Shown here piece by piece: positions 36,774 through 45,393 of a DNA stretch of 47,934 bases. The stretch covers positions 1-47,934 of the forward strand of contig CAILQO010000026.1 in NCBI GenBank assembly GCA_903836285.1, written 5' to 3'. Numbering within the stretch: the first letter of the stretch is position 1; each line of letters starts with the position of its first letter. Position numbers and translations under genes: made by a program. Source of the stretch: an uncultured Chloroflexota bacterium. Lineage in GTDB: Bacteria > Chloroflexota > UBA11872 > UBA12225. The notes beneath the pieces were generated by a model that was not told the origin of the DNA, did not search any database, and saw only the letters and a list, made by a program, of their open reading frames with translations.

Positions 36774-37638
36774 CGGCCGTCAGCAGGCGCACACGACGTG
36801 GTGGTTCCTCACCCGCGTGCCGGCGAGGTATTCCCTCGGCTTTCGCATGGATCTCGCGTTCGTCCTGCGAAGCCCTGGCCTCGCCATCTATTACCTCGCG
36901 CTCGACGCGATCCTCATCCCAGCATCAGGCGCAACAACGTTCCTGCTTGCTGAACGCCTGACCGGACTCGGTTCGTGGTCAGTCGCCCAAGTCACCTTCC
37001 TTCTCGGCTATGCAACCCTCGTTGAAGGCATCCTCGCCGTGGCGTTCACGTACAACGTGAGCCATATCAGCCGGCGAATCGGCCGTGGGCAGTTTGACCA
37101 CCTGCTGGTGCAACCGCAGCCGCTCTGGTTGTCGCTGCTGTCGGAGGGCTTCGCGCCGGTGACGGGTGGCGCGGCCGTCGCAATGGGGATCGCCATCTTG
37201 GCGTGGTCGATCACACGCCTGCCCTTGGACACAGACATCGCGTGGTGGGGGTTCTTCCTCGCAAACCTCGGAGCCTCGGTCGTCGCAGTGCTTGGCGCGA
37301 TGTTCGCGTGGTCGTCGCTCGCCTTCTGGGCGCCAGTTGCCGCCGAGGAGGTCGCGACGAACGTCCATGAGGCGCTTACCACTCTCGGTGTCTTCCCGCT
37401 TGACGGCCTCGGCACGGTGCTCACGGCTGGCCTCGTCACCGCCGTCCCGGCCGGCCTCGTCGCATGGTTGCCGGCCCGCGCCCTGCTCGGTGTCGGCGCC
37501 ACCGCGACACCACTCTGGGCCACCCCCGCAGCAGCGGTGGCGCTCGCGATCATCGGCGCCGCCACGTTTCGCGTCGGCCTTGGTCGGTACCGGAGCGTGG
37601 GGTCGTCGCGTTACACCGACTTCGGACATCGCCGATGA
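36745..37638 (+). CDS. ABC-2 family transporter permease (ABC2_membrane_6-like)
   Basis: 297 aa. IGRGQFDHLLVQPQPLWLSLL is the characteristic motif of COG3694/COG4587-type permeases. The start is 36745 or GTG 36766 (overlapping the upstream stop). The stop overlaps the ATPase start (ATGA). Confidence 0.75.
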   Translation: MSDWWATVADGRQQAHTTWWFLTRVPARYSLGFRMDLAFVLRSPGLAIYYLALDAILIPASGATTFLLAERLTGLGSWSVAQVTFLLGYATLVEGILAVAFTYNVSHISRRIGRGQFDHLLVQPQPLWLSLLSEGFAPVTGGAAVAMGIAILAWSITRLPLDTDIAWWGFFLANLGASVVAVLGAMFAWSSLAFWAPVAAEEVATNVHEALTTLGVFPLDGLGTVLTAGLVTAVPAGLVAWLPARALLGVGATATPLWATPAAAVALAIIGAATFRVGLGRYRSVGSSRYTDFGHRR

Positions 37639-38636
37639 ACCCTGAAACTGCCGTCGCCCTGAGTGGGGTCTGGAAGACGTACCGCCTACGTGAGCGCGGC
37701 ACGTCCCCGCGCGAGGTGCTCGCCCGCATCGTCAACCCGCGGTTCCGAACCGTGGAGGCGCTTCGAGGCATCGACCTTGTAATCGCTCGCGGGGAGATCG
37801 TCGCCATCGCCGGGCCGAACGGTGCTGGCAAGTCGACGACCGTCAAGCTGCTCTCCGGCCTGCTCGCACCGGATCAAGGTACCGTCGTCGCCCTTGGCTG
37901 CGACCCGATTCGCGACCGGCTCCGATACGTCTCACGCATCGGCGTGTGCTTCGGTCAGCGCACCGAGCTGTGGTGGGATCACCCGGTCGCCTCAAGCTTC
38001 GACTGGAAGCGGGTGGTCTGGAACCTTTCGCAGTCCCAGTACGATCGGAGCCTCGGTGCCCTCACCGACATGCTCGGCCTGAACGACATCTGGCGTGTCC
38101 CGGCCCGCGAACTCAGCCTCGGCCAAAAGATGCGTGCGGACCTGGCTCTTGCGCTGCTGCCCGAACCCGAGCTCGTCATCCTCGACGAACCAACGCTTGG
38201 GCTTGACGTCCTTGCCAAGCGACACGTGCTTGATTTCTGCCGGGAGATCAACCGAGAGCGACGCGTCACAATAATCATCACGAGCCACGATCTGTCCGAC
38301 CTCGAGGCACTCGCCGGACGCATGGTGATGGTCCACCAAGGGCAGGTCGCATTCGACGGGGAGTTCGATCGCCTCCGGGCTACGGTCGGCCTCCAGCGGC
38401 GTCTGCGGCTCGTCACCATCGGCGAGGCTCCATCCCTTGATGGCGCAACATTTCTTGAGACCCGCGACGGAGCCCACGAATATGCCTACGACGCTGGCAC
38501 GACAACCTTGCCCGCGCTGCTGGCGCACGCCGAAGCGCAGGTGACCGTCCTCGACGTCGAGACCCATCGCCCGCCAATCGACGATGTGATCGCCACGCTG
38601 TACGAGTCATGGTCGGGCGCACCGTCGCGCACGTAG
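37635..38636 (+). CDS. ABC transporter ATP-binding protein (COG4586-like)
   Basis: 333 aa from MNPETAVAL. Walker A GPNGAGKST, signature LSLGQKMR, Walker B LVILDEPTLGLD, H-loop TSHDL. Paralogue of 9215-10264. Confidence 0.9.
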   Translation: MNPETAVALSGVWKTYRLRERGTSPREVLARIVNPRFRTVEALRGIDLVIARGEIVAIAGPNGAGKSTTVKLLSGLLAPDQGTVVALGCDPIRDRLRYVSRIGVCFGQRTELWWDHPVASSFDWKRVVWNLSQSQYDRSLGALTDMLGLNDIWRVPARELSLGQKMRADLALALLPEPELVILDEPTLGLDVLAKRHVLDFCREINRERRVTIIITSHDLSDLEALAGRMVMVHQGQVAFDGEFDRLRATVGLQRRLRLVTIGEAPSLDGATFLETRDGAHEYAYDAGTTTLPALLAHAEAQVTVLDVETHRPPIDDVIATLYESWSGAPSRT

Positions 38637-38858
38637 AGGTCGAGCTCGCTCTCGCCCGGCCCCCACCGTTCCCGCGTCGCATCAGGGAACTGGACGGTGG
38701 GCATGGGCATTTCAAGGCAGAGGCAATCGCTGAGCCAAGGCAGCCGTGGTCGGAGTACGGTGCCACGAACGGGCGGTACCCTGACACGCGTCGCCGGTGC
38801 GCGACGCACCAACGGATGAGCACGGACTTGTGGGCGGTCAGTCAGGAGTGGGTCACCG

Positions 38859-39920
38859 ATGCGGACCGTTGTCGTGCTCGAAGGGGACCAGACCGGTCAG
38901 GAACTCCTTGAGGAGTCGTTGCGTGCACTGGACGCGAGCGTCACGGGCGTGCCGTTGCACCTCGAACGCTTCGATCTCAGCCTTGAGGCGCGCCGACGAA
39001 CGGCGAACGGTGTCACGCGCGACGCCGCCACGGCAATGCGAACCGCCGGCCTTGGGATCAAGGCAGCCACGATCACGCCCGAAACGAAGGGCGACGTTGG
39101 CAGCCCGAATGCCATCGTCCGCGAGTTGATCGATGGCAGCGTCATCCTGCGCGTCGGGCGGCGCCTTCCTGGCGTTCGCCCCGTCGGTGGTGCCTCGGCA
39201 CCGATTGCCGTCGTCCGCATGGCCACCGGCGACGCCTACAACGCCCGCGAGGCGCGCCAAGGCGAGCCCGGTTCACTCGACGAGGTCGCCACGCGCGAGG
39301 ACCGCATCACCCGGCGCACCTGCCGGGCCGTCGCCGAGTTCTCATTCCTCTACGCCGCGCGCCACGGTGCAACCGTCTACGGTGGTCCAAAGTGGACCGT
39401 CAGCCCGGTCTACGAAGGCATGTTGAAAGAGGAGATGGACCGCGCCGCCGCGCAGAATGCCGCTGTGCCCTACCAGCCCGACCTGATCGACGCGGTGTAC
39501 GCGCACCTCGTTAATCTGCATGGTGAACCGTTGGTGATCCCGGCACTGAACCGCGACGGCGACTGCCTCTCTGACCTCGTGATGCAGATGTTCGGGACGA
39601 TTGCCAGCGCGGAGTCGATGCTCTTCAGCCTCGACGCGGGCGGGAACGTAGCCGTGGCGATGGCCGAGGCGCCCCACGGTACCGCGCCGAAGCTTGAGGG
39701 CCGGAACGTCGCCAACCCGCTCGCCATGCTTTTGGCTGCCGCCAGCGTGCTCGACCACGTCGGGACGAGCGATGCCACACGCGCCGCTACCGCAATGCGT
39801 GAGGCCTGCCTCGGCGCGATCCGCGACGGCATCCGCACCGCTGACCTGGGGGGCTACTCCCGTACCGATGAGTTCACCGACGAGGTGATCGCGCGCACAC
39901 GCGCCGCCCTCTCCGCCTGA
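38859..39920 (+). CDS. Isocitrate/isopropylmalate dehydrogenase family protein (short, type-II-IDH-like N-terminus)
   Basis: 353 aa. VVVLEGDQTGQE...GIKAATITPE...SPNAIVRELIDGSVILR parallels the GDEMTR...KCATITPDE...SPNGTIRN blocks of NADP-IDH-like enzymes. C-terminal NRDGDCLSDL and APHGTAP parallel the metal/substrate loops. AGGAG lies 10 nt upstream of the ATG. Confidence 0.7.
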   Translation: MRTVVVLEGDQTGQELLEESLRALDASVTGVPLHLERFDLSLEARRRTANGVTRDAATAMRTAGLGIKAATITPETKGDVGSPNAIVRELIDGSVILRVGRRLPGVRPVGGASAPIAVVRMATGDAYNAREARQGEPGSLDEVATREDRITRRTCRAVAEFSFLYAARHGATVYGGPKWTVSPVYEGMLKEEMDRAAAQNAAVPYQPDLIDAVYAHLVNLHGEPLVIPALNRDGDCLSDLVMQMFGTIASAESMLFSLDAGGNVAVAMAEAPHGTAPKLEGRNVANPLAMLLAAASVLDHVGTSDATRAATAMREACLGAIRDGIRTADLGGYSRTDEFTDEVIARTRAALSA

Positions 39921-39972
39921 CGAGGTCCGGCTTACACGAGACCGCCGGACGCCTCCTGAAAGGACCGCCGCC

Positions 39973-41031
39973 ATGAAGATGGGCTCCTCCTCCTTGCGCG
40001 ACCTCGCCCGGCTCACCGACGCGCGATCGATGCGCGCCTCCAGTTGGGATCGTACGGGCGGGAACGACGACCGCCTGCACATCGCCCCCGGTGCCACGGC
40101 GACCCTCATGGAGTTCGACGGCGCCGGGTGCATCACCCACATCTGGACGACCATCGCCTGCAAGGATCCATTCCACTTCCGCAAGCTCGTCCTCCGGATG
40201 TACTGGGACGGAAGCGAGACCCCGTGCGTCGAAGCGCCCGTCGGCGACTTCTTCGGCCTCGGTCACAGTCAGCGTGCGTACTTCACGAGCTTGCCGCTGC
40301 AGTTCACCGACCGCGCACTGAACTGCTGGTTCCCGATGCCGTTCGCGTCACACGCGCGGATCACCGTGACCAACGAATCCGAGGAAACGGCCATCTATTA
40401 CTACTATGTCGATTTCGAGGCGTACGACCGCCTTGACGACGCCGACCAATTGGGTCGCTTCCATTGCCAGTGGCGCCGTGAGAACCCAACCACCGTGCAC
40501 GAACCGGATGCGTGGGGCACGATGAACGGGCAACCCGACCGACAGAACCTGACCGGCCGACACAACTACCTCATCTTGGAAGCAGAAGGCCGCGGGCACT
40601 ACGTGGGCTGTCATATCGACGTCGACCTGCCGACGCCCGGGTGGTGGGGCGAGGGCGACGACATGTTCTTCATCGACGGCGAACCGTGGCCGCCACGCCT
40701 TCACGGCACTGGCACCGAGGATTACTTCTGCGGCGCGTGGAATTACAACAACCTCAACCGCACCTTCGATACCCCGTACTTCGGGTATCACTTTAAGACG
40801 AACTCCGACTACACCGGCAAGCATTCGCAGTACCGGTTCCACATCGAGGATCCGGTCCGCTTCACCAAGAGTCTCACCTTCAGCATCGAACACGGCCACG
40901 CCAATGACAAGGAGGGGGACTGGTCGTCAACGGCGTACTGGTACCAGACCCTCCCGCACAAGCCGTTCCCGCCGTTCCCGGCTGTCGGACTGCGGCTCCC
41001 GTCCCGTTGGGGCGGGATCGAACGCTGGTAA
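39973..41031 (+). CDS. DUF2961 / glycoside hydrolase family 172 protein
   Basis: 352 aa. SSWDRTGGNDD, GCITHIWTT, RMYWDGSETPCVEAPVGDFFG, FIDGE...HGTGTEDYF and FSIEHGH are the blocks I associate with DUF2961. Confidence 0.7.
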   Translation: MKMGSSSLRDLARLTDARSMRASSWDRTGGNDDRLHIAPGATATLMEFDGAGCITHIWTTIACKDPFHFRKLVLRMYWDGSETPCVEAPVGDFFGLGHSQRAYFTSLPLQFTDRALNCWFPMPFASHARITVTNESEETAIYYYYVDFEAYDRLDDADQLGRFHCQWRRENPTTVHEPDAWGTMNGQPDRQNLTGRHNYLILEAEGRGHYVGCHIDVDLPTPGWWGEGDDMFFIDGEPWPPRLHGTGTEDYFCGAWNYNNLNRTFDTPYFGYHFKTNSDYTGKHSQYRFHIEDPVRFTKSLTFSIEHGHANDKEGDWSSTAYWYQTLPHKPFPPFPAVGLRLPSRWGGIERW

Positions 41032-41089
41032 CGCCCTGATTCATGTACGCGCACACCCGGAACTGACCGTTCGAAGGACGAAAACCTCG

Positions 41090-42496
41090 ATGGCTATGTC
41101 ACCTGACGCGGTCTTCCGGATCGGCACCACGACGGTTGCGGTGGTGGCCCTCGATTTACTCGAGGCGCCTACCCCGGCCATCGTCGTCGCGTCGAACAAC
41201 TGGCTGCAACCCGAACCGGGCAGCCTTGCCAGCGACGTGATGACGCGAGCCGGCGACGCATATGCCGCGGACCTGCGCGCCGCCGTCGCCCAAGCGCCGG
41301 AGGAGGGCATACCGCCGGGCGCCGCCGTGCCGATTCGCGGGCACGGCCTTGTGGACGGTGACGCGCGCCAGGCCGTCCTGCACGCTATCACTACGTCGTA
41401 CCCACGTCGGGGGTCGTTTGAGGGGCGAGGTGTATCGACCCCGCAGGTGGTCTACGCCGCCGTGCGCAACGCCGTGGCGATGGGCGTCCAAATGGAGGCG
41501 CGCGCGGTCTCCCTCTCGATGATCGGCTTGCGCCCAGGTTCTGCATCCGAGGCGCCACCAGTGATGGCGGCGGCCCTTGCTCGAGGCCTCGCCGACCACC
41601 TCGCACCCGGCGTCAATCTCGACGCCATTTTGGTTTGCGAGTCGGACGACCGGCGGCGTGCGCTCGCGTGCGAGTCCCTCGCCGCCGTCGTACGTGCGGG
41701 GGAGTTGGCGAACCACGCGGACGATGATGGCCCGGCCAGCGTCGAGGACCCCATCGCGTCGTCCGGGGATTACGGCCACGAGCATGCCGAGGACGCGGCG
41801 GACCGTGACACGACCGAACCCGCATCACCGCCGGTCCGCTGGGTTGGGCGCGCGGAAATCGAGGCATCCGAGGAGATCTACGGGTGGCCGATTCCGGACT
41901 TCCTCCCGGTGGTGGCGACCGGCGAGGAGGGGCTTGGACTGCCGACCTCAGCGTTGCAGGCGATTACCCTTGTCGCTGCGACCGCACCAGCACCTATGCC
42001 CGGAGGTGCCCCGCCCGACGGCGTCGTGTGGAACCCAGCTTCAGCGGTACGCTTCCTGCAGTTCGGCTGCGGGTGGCTCGTCGACGCTGCCGAGACAGCT
42101 CGGGAAGCGGGTGACGCGCCCCGCGCACTGGCAATCCTCCACCTCCTTGTGCAGGTCGCCCGCCAATGGGTCGAGGCCGAACCGCTCAACGTGCATGCCC
42201 TCGTGCAGCTTGCGACCGCCTTCCTCGATGCCTCCCAAGTCATCCAGATGGTGGATCCCGCACAGGCGGTCAGTGCGGCCTATCGAGGCCTTCCCGCGGC
42301 GCGGAGTGCCGTCGCACTCGATGGCGATAACCCGCACGCGTGCTTGGCGATGGGTCGTTACGCCGTGCTGTTCAATCAGATGGACGCCGCCCGCGCATCC
42401 TTGGGTCGCGTCATTGACCTCTCACCGGAGTCGCCCCAGGCCCACCAAGCTGCGGAGCTGCTCGAGTCCATTACGCCCACCCGCCCAGCCGAGTAA
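41090..42496 (+). CDS. Divergent macro-like domain protein with acidic linker and C-terminal TPR-like region
   Basis: 468 aa from MAMSPDAV (ATG 41090). The N-terminal ~200 aa align by eye to macro domains: VVALDLLEAPTPAIVVASNNWL vs GDIT....DAIVNAAN..L; PGAAVPIRGHGL......VLHAITT vs G.a..T.g..L....ViH.vgP; AVSLSMIGL vs siAfPaIstG. The C-terminus (ACLAMGRYAVLFNQMDAARASLGRVIDLSPESPQAHQ) looks TPR-like. Confidence 0.5.
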   Translation: MAMSPDAVFRIGTTTVAVVALDLLEAPTPAIVVASNNWLQPEPGSLASDVMTRAGDAYAADLRAAVAQAPEEGIPPGAAVPIRGHGLVDGDARQAVLHAITTSYPRRGSFEGRGVSTPQVVYAAVRNAVAMGVQMEARAVSLSMIGLRPGSASEAPPVMAAALARGLADHLAPGVNLDAILVCESDDRRRALACESLAAVVRAGELANHADDDGPASVEDPIASSGDYGHEHAEDAADRDTTEPASPPVRWVGRAEIEASEEIYGWPIPDFLPVVATGEEGLGLPTSALQAITLVAATAPAPMPGGAPPDGVVWNPASAVRFLQFGCGWLVDAAETAREAGDAPRALAILHLLVQVARQWVEAEPLNVHALVQLATAFLDASQVIQMVDPAQAVSAAYRGLPAARSAVALDGDNPHACLAMGRYAVLFNQMDAARASLGRVIDLSPESPQAHQAAELLESITPTRPAE

Positions 42497-42506
42497 CTGG
42501 ACGAAG

Positions 42507-42530
42507 CCCCCGTCGCAACGGGGGAGTTTC
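42507..42530 (+). terminator. Candidate intrinsic terminator after the macro/TPR gene
   Basis: 7-bp stem CCCCCGT (42507-42513) / ACGGGGG (42518-42524) with loop CGCA, followed by AGTTTC. It lies 11 nt after the TAA stop at 42494-42496. The U-tract is weak. Confidence 0.5.
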
Positions 42531-43034
42531 GCCTGAGAACACGTTGCCCCGCTCCCGGTCCTCCTACGGAGGCGCAAGCTACTGCAGCGGGGTCGGCGTA
42601 GGCGGTGGGGGCTGCTCCCCGGCGTCCTGTGTTGCTTCGGTGGGTAGTCGTTCGACGCCGTCACAACCTCAGCGGTGCGGAGCGCACAAGCAGCCCGCCC
42701 TACCAGGTTCCGCGCCCGGTGGCGGTTGCTTGGGTCAGCGGCGCCGCAGGTGGCGCGCTGCCCAAGCCCGAGACAGGTGCCCACGGCTCGACGTTTAGCC
42801 CTTGTCCCGTTGTGGGGGGCGTCTGGAGTTGAAGTGACTCGCCACCCGAACCAGCCTCGTATGGAGGCCCAGACTGCTGATCCGCACGCGGAGGACGATT
42901 GAACCCGTGGTGCGGGTGTTCCAGCAACCGAGCGTCAATCCCGGTCGACGTACGGAACCGTCCGTGGAGGTGTGATGGCGTGCCGGGGAGGGTCGGCGCC
43001 ACCATGCTAGCGTTCGAGCAGAGGCAAGCCCCAA

Positions 43035-45359
43035 GTGACTGCGCGACCCGGCGACCTGCACGACTCCCGCGCATTTGGCGCGTGGGGACGGGTTCTATAC
43101 CGAAATCGGCGCCGCGTCATCTGGGCATGGGTCGCTGCCATCTTGCTGATCGTGCCTACAATCCCATTCCTTCCCGGGCGGGTTCGCCTCGGCGGCTTCG
43201 ATGACCCCTCGCTCCCTTCGTCACGTGCCCTCGCGGCGTTGCGCGATGAGCTTGGCTTTCCGACAAACTCCGCCGCCGTGTTCTACAAGGTAGCGGGTCG
43301 TGACTACGTCGACCCAGCCGTGCGTCGCGTCGTCGGCGAATCCGTTGCGCGAGCCGCTGCCCTCCCAGGGGTCAAGCATGCGATCGGTCCAGACCTGAAC
43401 AGCCGTCAAGTCGGCAAGTCAGGCAGGGTCGCCTTTGCGGTGCTCGCCCTTGAGACCGAACCTGGACAAGGCGGTGCCCTCCTGAACGACCTCGAACGGG
43501 CCGTCACTGTTCCACCAAACTCCGGCTTGATCATCGAGACGACCGTGGTCAGTGCTGACGCTTTCTTCCGCGACCTGCAAGAAGCGACGACCAACGACCT
43601 GCGTCGCGCGGAGCTGATCACCGTCCCCGTTGCCGCCCTCACCCTGCTCGCCGTGTTCGGGTCGGTCGTCGCGGCGGGCGTCCCGGTGATCGCCGGCGCG
43701 GCAACGGCAGTTTTCGGCCTCGGCGGCATCTTTCTGCTCAGTTTCGTCGCCGACATGTCGGTCTTCACGCTCAACCTGGCGTCCATGCTCGCGCTTGGCC
43801 TCGGTACCGACTACGCGCTCTTCTTGGTCAGCCGCTACCGGGAGGAGATTGACGGCGGCGCCGACCCGGAGATGGCGGTTACACGGTCCGTCGCCACTGC
43901 CGGAAGAGCCGTCTTCTTCTCAGCGGGAATGGTGCTTGCCGGCCTCGGTGGACTCGTGGCCTTCAAGATCGCGTTCCTGCGGTCGCTCGGCCTCGCAGGT
44001 CTTGCCTCGGTTGCAGGCGCCGTGGTCGTGTCGATGACCTTGCTGCCGGCCCTGCTCGGCGTGATCGGCACGCGCATCGACGCCTTGCGCTTGCGCCCCC
44101 GTCGACCAGAGAGCGAAGGGGGGGTCTGGACGTCGCTCGCGTCACTTGTCACGCGTCGGCCATGGCCCGTGTTGGCGACGTCCCTGATCGTCCTCATTGG
44201 CGCGGCCTATCCGTTCCTCGGCGCACGGCTGTCAACGCCTGACTCACGCATTCTTCCGGTGGAGTCGCCGTCCCGTCGCGCCGCTGCCCTCGCGACCGCC
44301 GAATTCGATGCCGGTGGTGGTACGCCACTGCTCGTCGTCGTCCGCGCGCCCGGGCCGATCACCGCCCCGGCACAGGTGACCACCCTTCGCGACATCAGCG
44401 ACGCACTCGCCCGTGACCCCCGGGTCTCCCGCGTCGATGGAATCGTCTCGCTGGACCCTCGCCTGACGACCGCCCAGTACCAGCTGCTTTACGCGAATCC
44501 CGGCCAGAGCCCTGACCAGTGGGCGCGGGGCCTCGTCGGCGCTTTGACGCGCGACAACCTCACGCTGCTTTCAGTCACACCATCGGGCGACCCGCTCGGT
44601 GAAGAGACCGCGGAGCTCGTGGACGCAATACGGGCCACGGTGCCAGCGCCTGGGTGGAGCATGGAGGTCGGCGGAGTGAGCGCCGGCGCGCTCGACCTGA
44701 CCCGCTCGCTCTACGGCAGCTTCCCGGGGGTCGTGGCACTCATTCTTGCGATCACCGCCGTGCTGCTCTTTTTTACCTTCCGCTCGATCCTCCTGCCGAT
44801 CAAGGCAATTCTCATGAACCTCCTGTCGCTTGGCGCAAGCTACGGTGCCCTCGTTCTCGTCTTCCAGGATGGGATCCTCTCAGGCATGCCCGCACCGTTC
44901 ACGTTCCCGTCGATGGGGTACGTCGAGTCAACCTTGCCGATCCTGCTGTTCTGCACCCTCTTCGGCCTGTCGATGGACTACGAGGTCTTCCTGCTGAGCC
45001 GCGTTCGGGAGGAGTACCTCGTGAGCAACGACAACACTGGCTCAGTGACACGGGCCATTGGCGCAAGCGCACGTGTGATTACTGGTGCAGCCGCAATCGT
45101 CGTCGCGGTCGCCGGATCATTTTCCTTGGCGGCTGACGTGATTCAGATCAAGGCACTTGGTCTTGGCATCGCCCTCGCAGTGCTCGCCGACGCGACGATC
45201 GTGCGCGGATTGCTGGTTCCGTCGACCATGCGCCTCTTGGGTGACTGGAACTGGTGGGTCCCCGAGTGGCTGGCGGCGTCACTTGGATGGAACCCAACCG
45301 AACCGGACAACGACGACACCGGGGTCAGTGGGCCAGCAGTCGCGGGCAGCCATCCGTGA
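43035..45359 (+). CDS. MMPL family (RND superfamily) membrane transporter
   Basis: 774 aa. Duplicated 6-TM modules, each with the MMPL signature (LGLGTDYALFLVSRYREE and FGLSMDYEVFLLSRVREEY) and two large extracytoplasmic loops. GTG start. Confidence 0.85.
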   Translation: MTARPGDLHDSRAFGAWGRVLYRNRRRVIWAWVAAILLIVPTIPFLPGRVRLGGFDDPSLPSSRALAALRDELGFPTNSAAVFYKVAGRDYVDPAVRRVVGESVARAAALPGVKHAIGPDLNSRQVGKSGRVAFAVLALETEPGQGGALLNDLERAVTVPPNSGLIIETTVVSADAFFRDLQEATTNDLRRAELITVPVAALTLLAVFGSVVAAGVPVIAGAATAVFGLGGIFLLSFVADMSVFTLNLASMLALGLGTDYALFLVSRYREEIDGGADPEMAVTRSVATAGRAVFFSAGMVLAGLGGLVAFKIAFLRSLGLAGLASVAGAVVVSMTLLPALLGVIGTRIDALRLRPRRPESEGGVWTSLASLVTRRPWPVLATSLIVLIGAAYPFLGARLSTPDSRILPVESPSRRAAALATAEFDAGGGTPLLVVVRAPGPITAPAQVTTLRDISDALARDPRVSRVDGIVSLDPRLTTAQYQLLYANPGQSPDQWARGLVGALTRDNLTLLSVTPSGDPLGEETAELVDAIRATVPAPGWSMEVGGVSAGALDLTRSLYGSFPGVVALILAITAVLLFFTFRSILLPIKAILMNLLSLGASYGALVLVFQDGILSGMPAPFTFPSMGYVESTLPILLFCTLFGLSMDYEVFLLSRVREEYLVSNDNTGSVTRAIGASARVITGAAAIVVAVAGSFSLAADVIQIKALGLGIALAVLADATIVRGLLVPSTMRLLGDWNWWVPEWLAASLGWNPTEPDNDDTGVSGPAVAGSHP

Positions 45360-45393
45360 CGAACCCCACCAGTAGTGCACTTGGAGCCACGAG

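Noticed and set aside
42699-42800. Partial resemblance to the guanidine-I (ykkC) riboswitch: CTAccAGGTTCCGCG, then CCCGAGACAG, then CACGG
   Set aside because: The conserved GGGA/GGGAGA 3' elements are absent and the spacing differs. The downstream gene class (MMPL) is not a typical ykkC target. The resemblance is too loose to call.
42845-42983. Fragments reminiscent of a ydaO/c-di-AMP riboswitch (CCCGAACC..CTCGTA, 42845-61) and of SAM-I (GGAGGAC..TGAACCCG..CAGCAACC..TCAATCCC inside the 42884/42983 helix)
   Set aside because: Only short pieces match and key invariant blocks are missing. The two assignments are mutually exclusive and neither fits the downstream gene. They are kept only as part of the unassigned structured region.
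42975-43010. 11-codon uORF (MACRGGSAPPC) with GGAGG upstream, just before the MMPL start
   Set aside because: The SD-to-ATG spacing is only 4 nt and the peptide has no recognisable leader-peptide logic. Short ORFs like this arise by chance.
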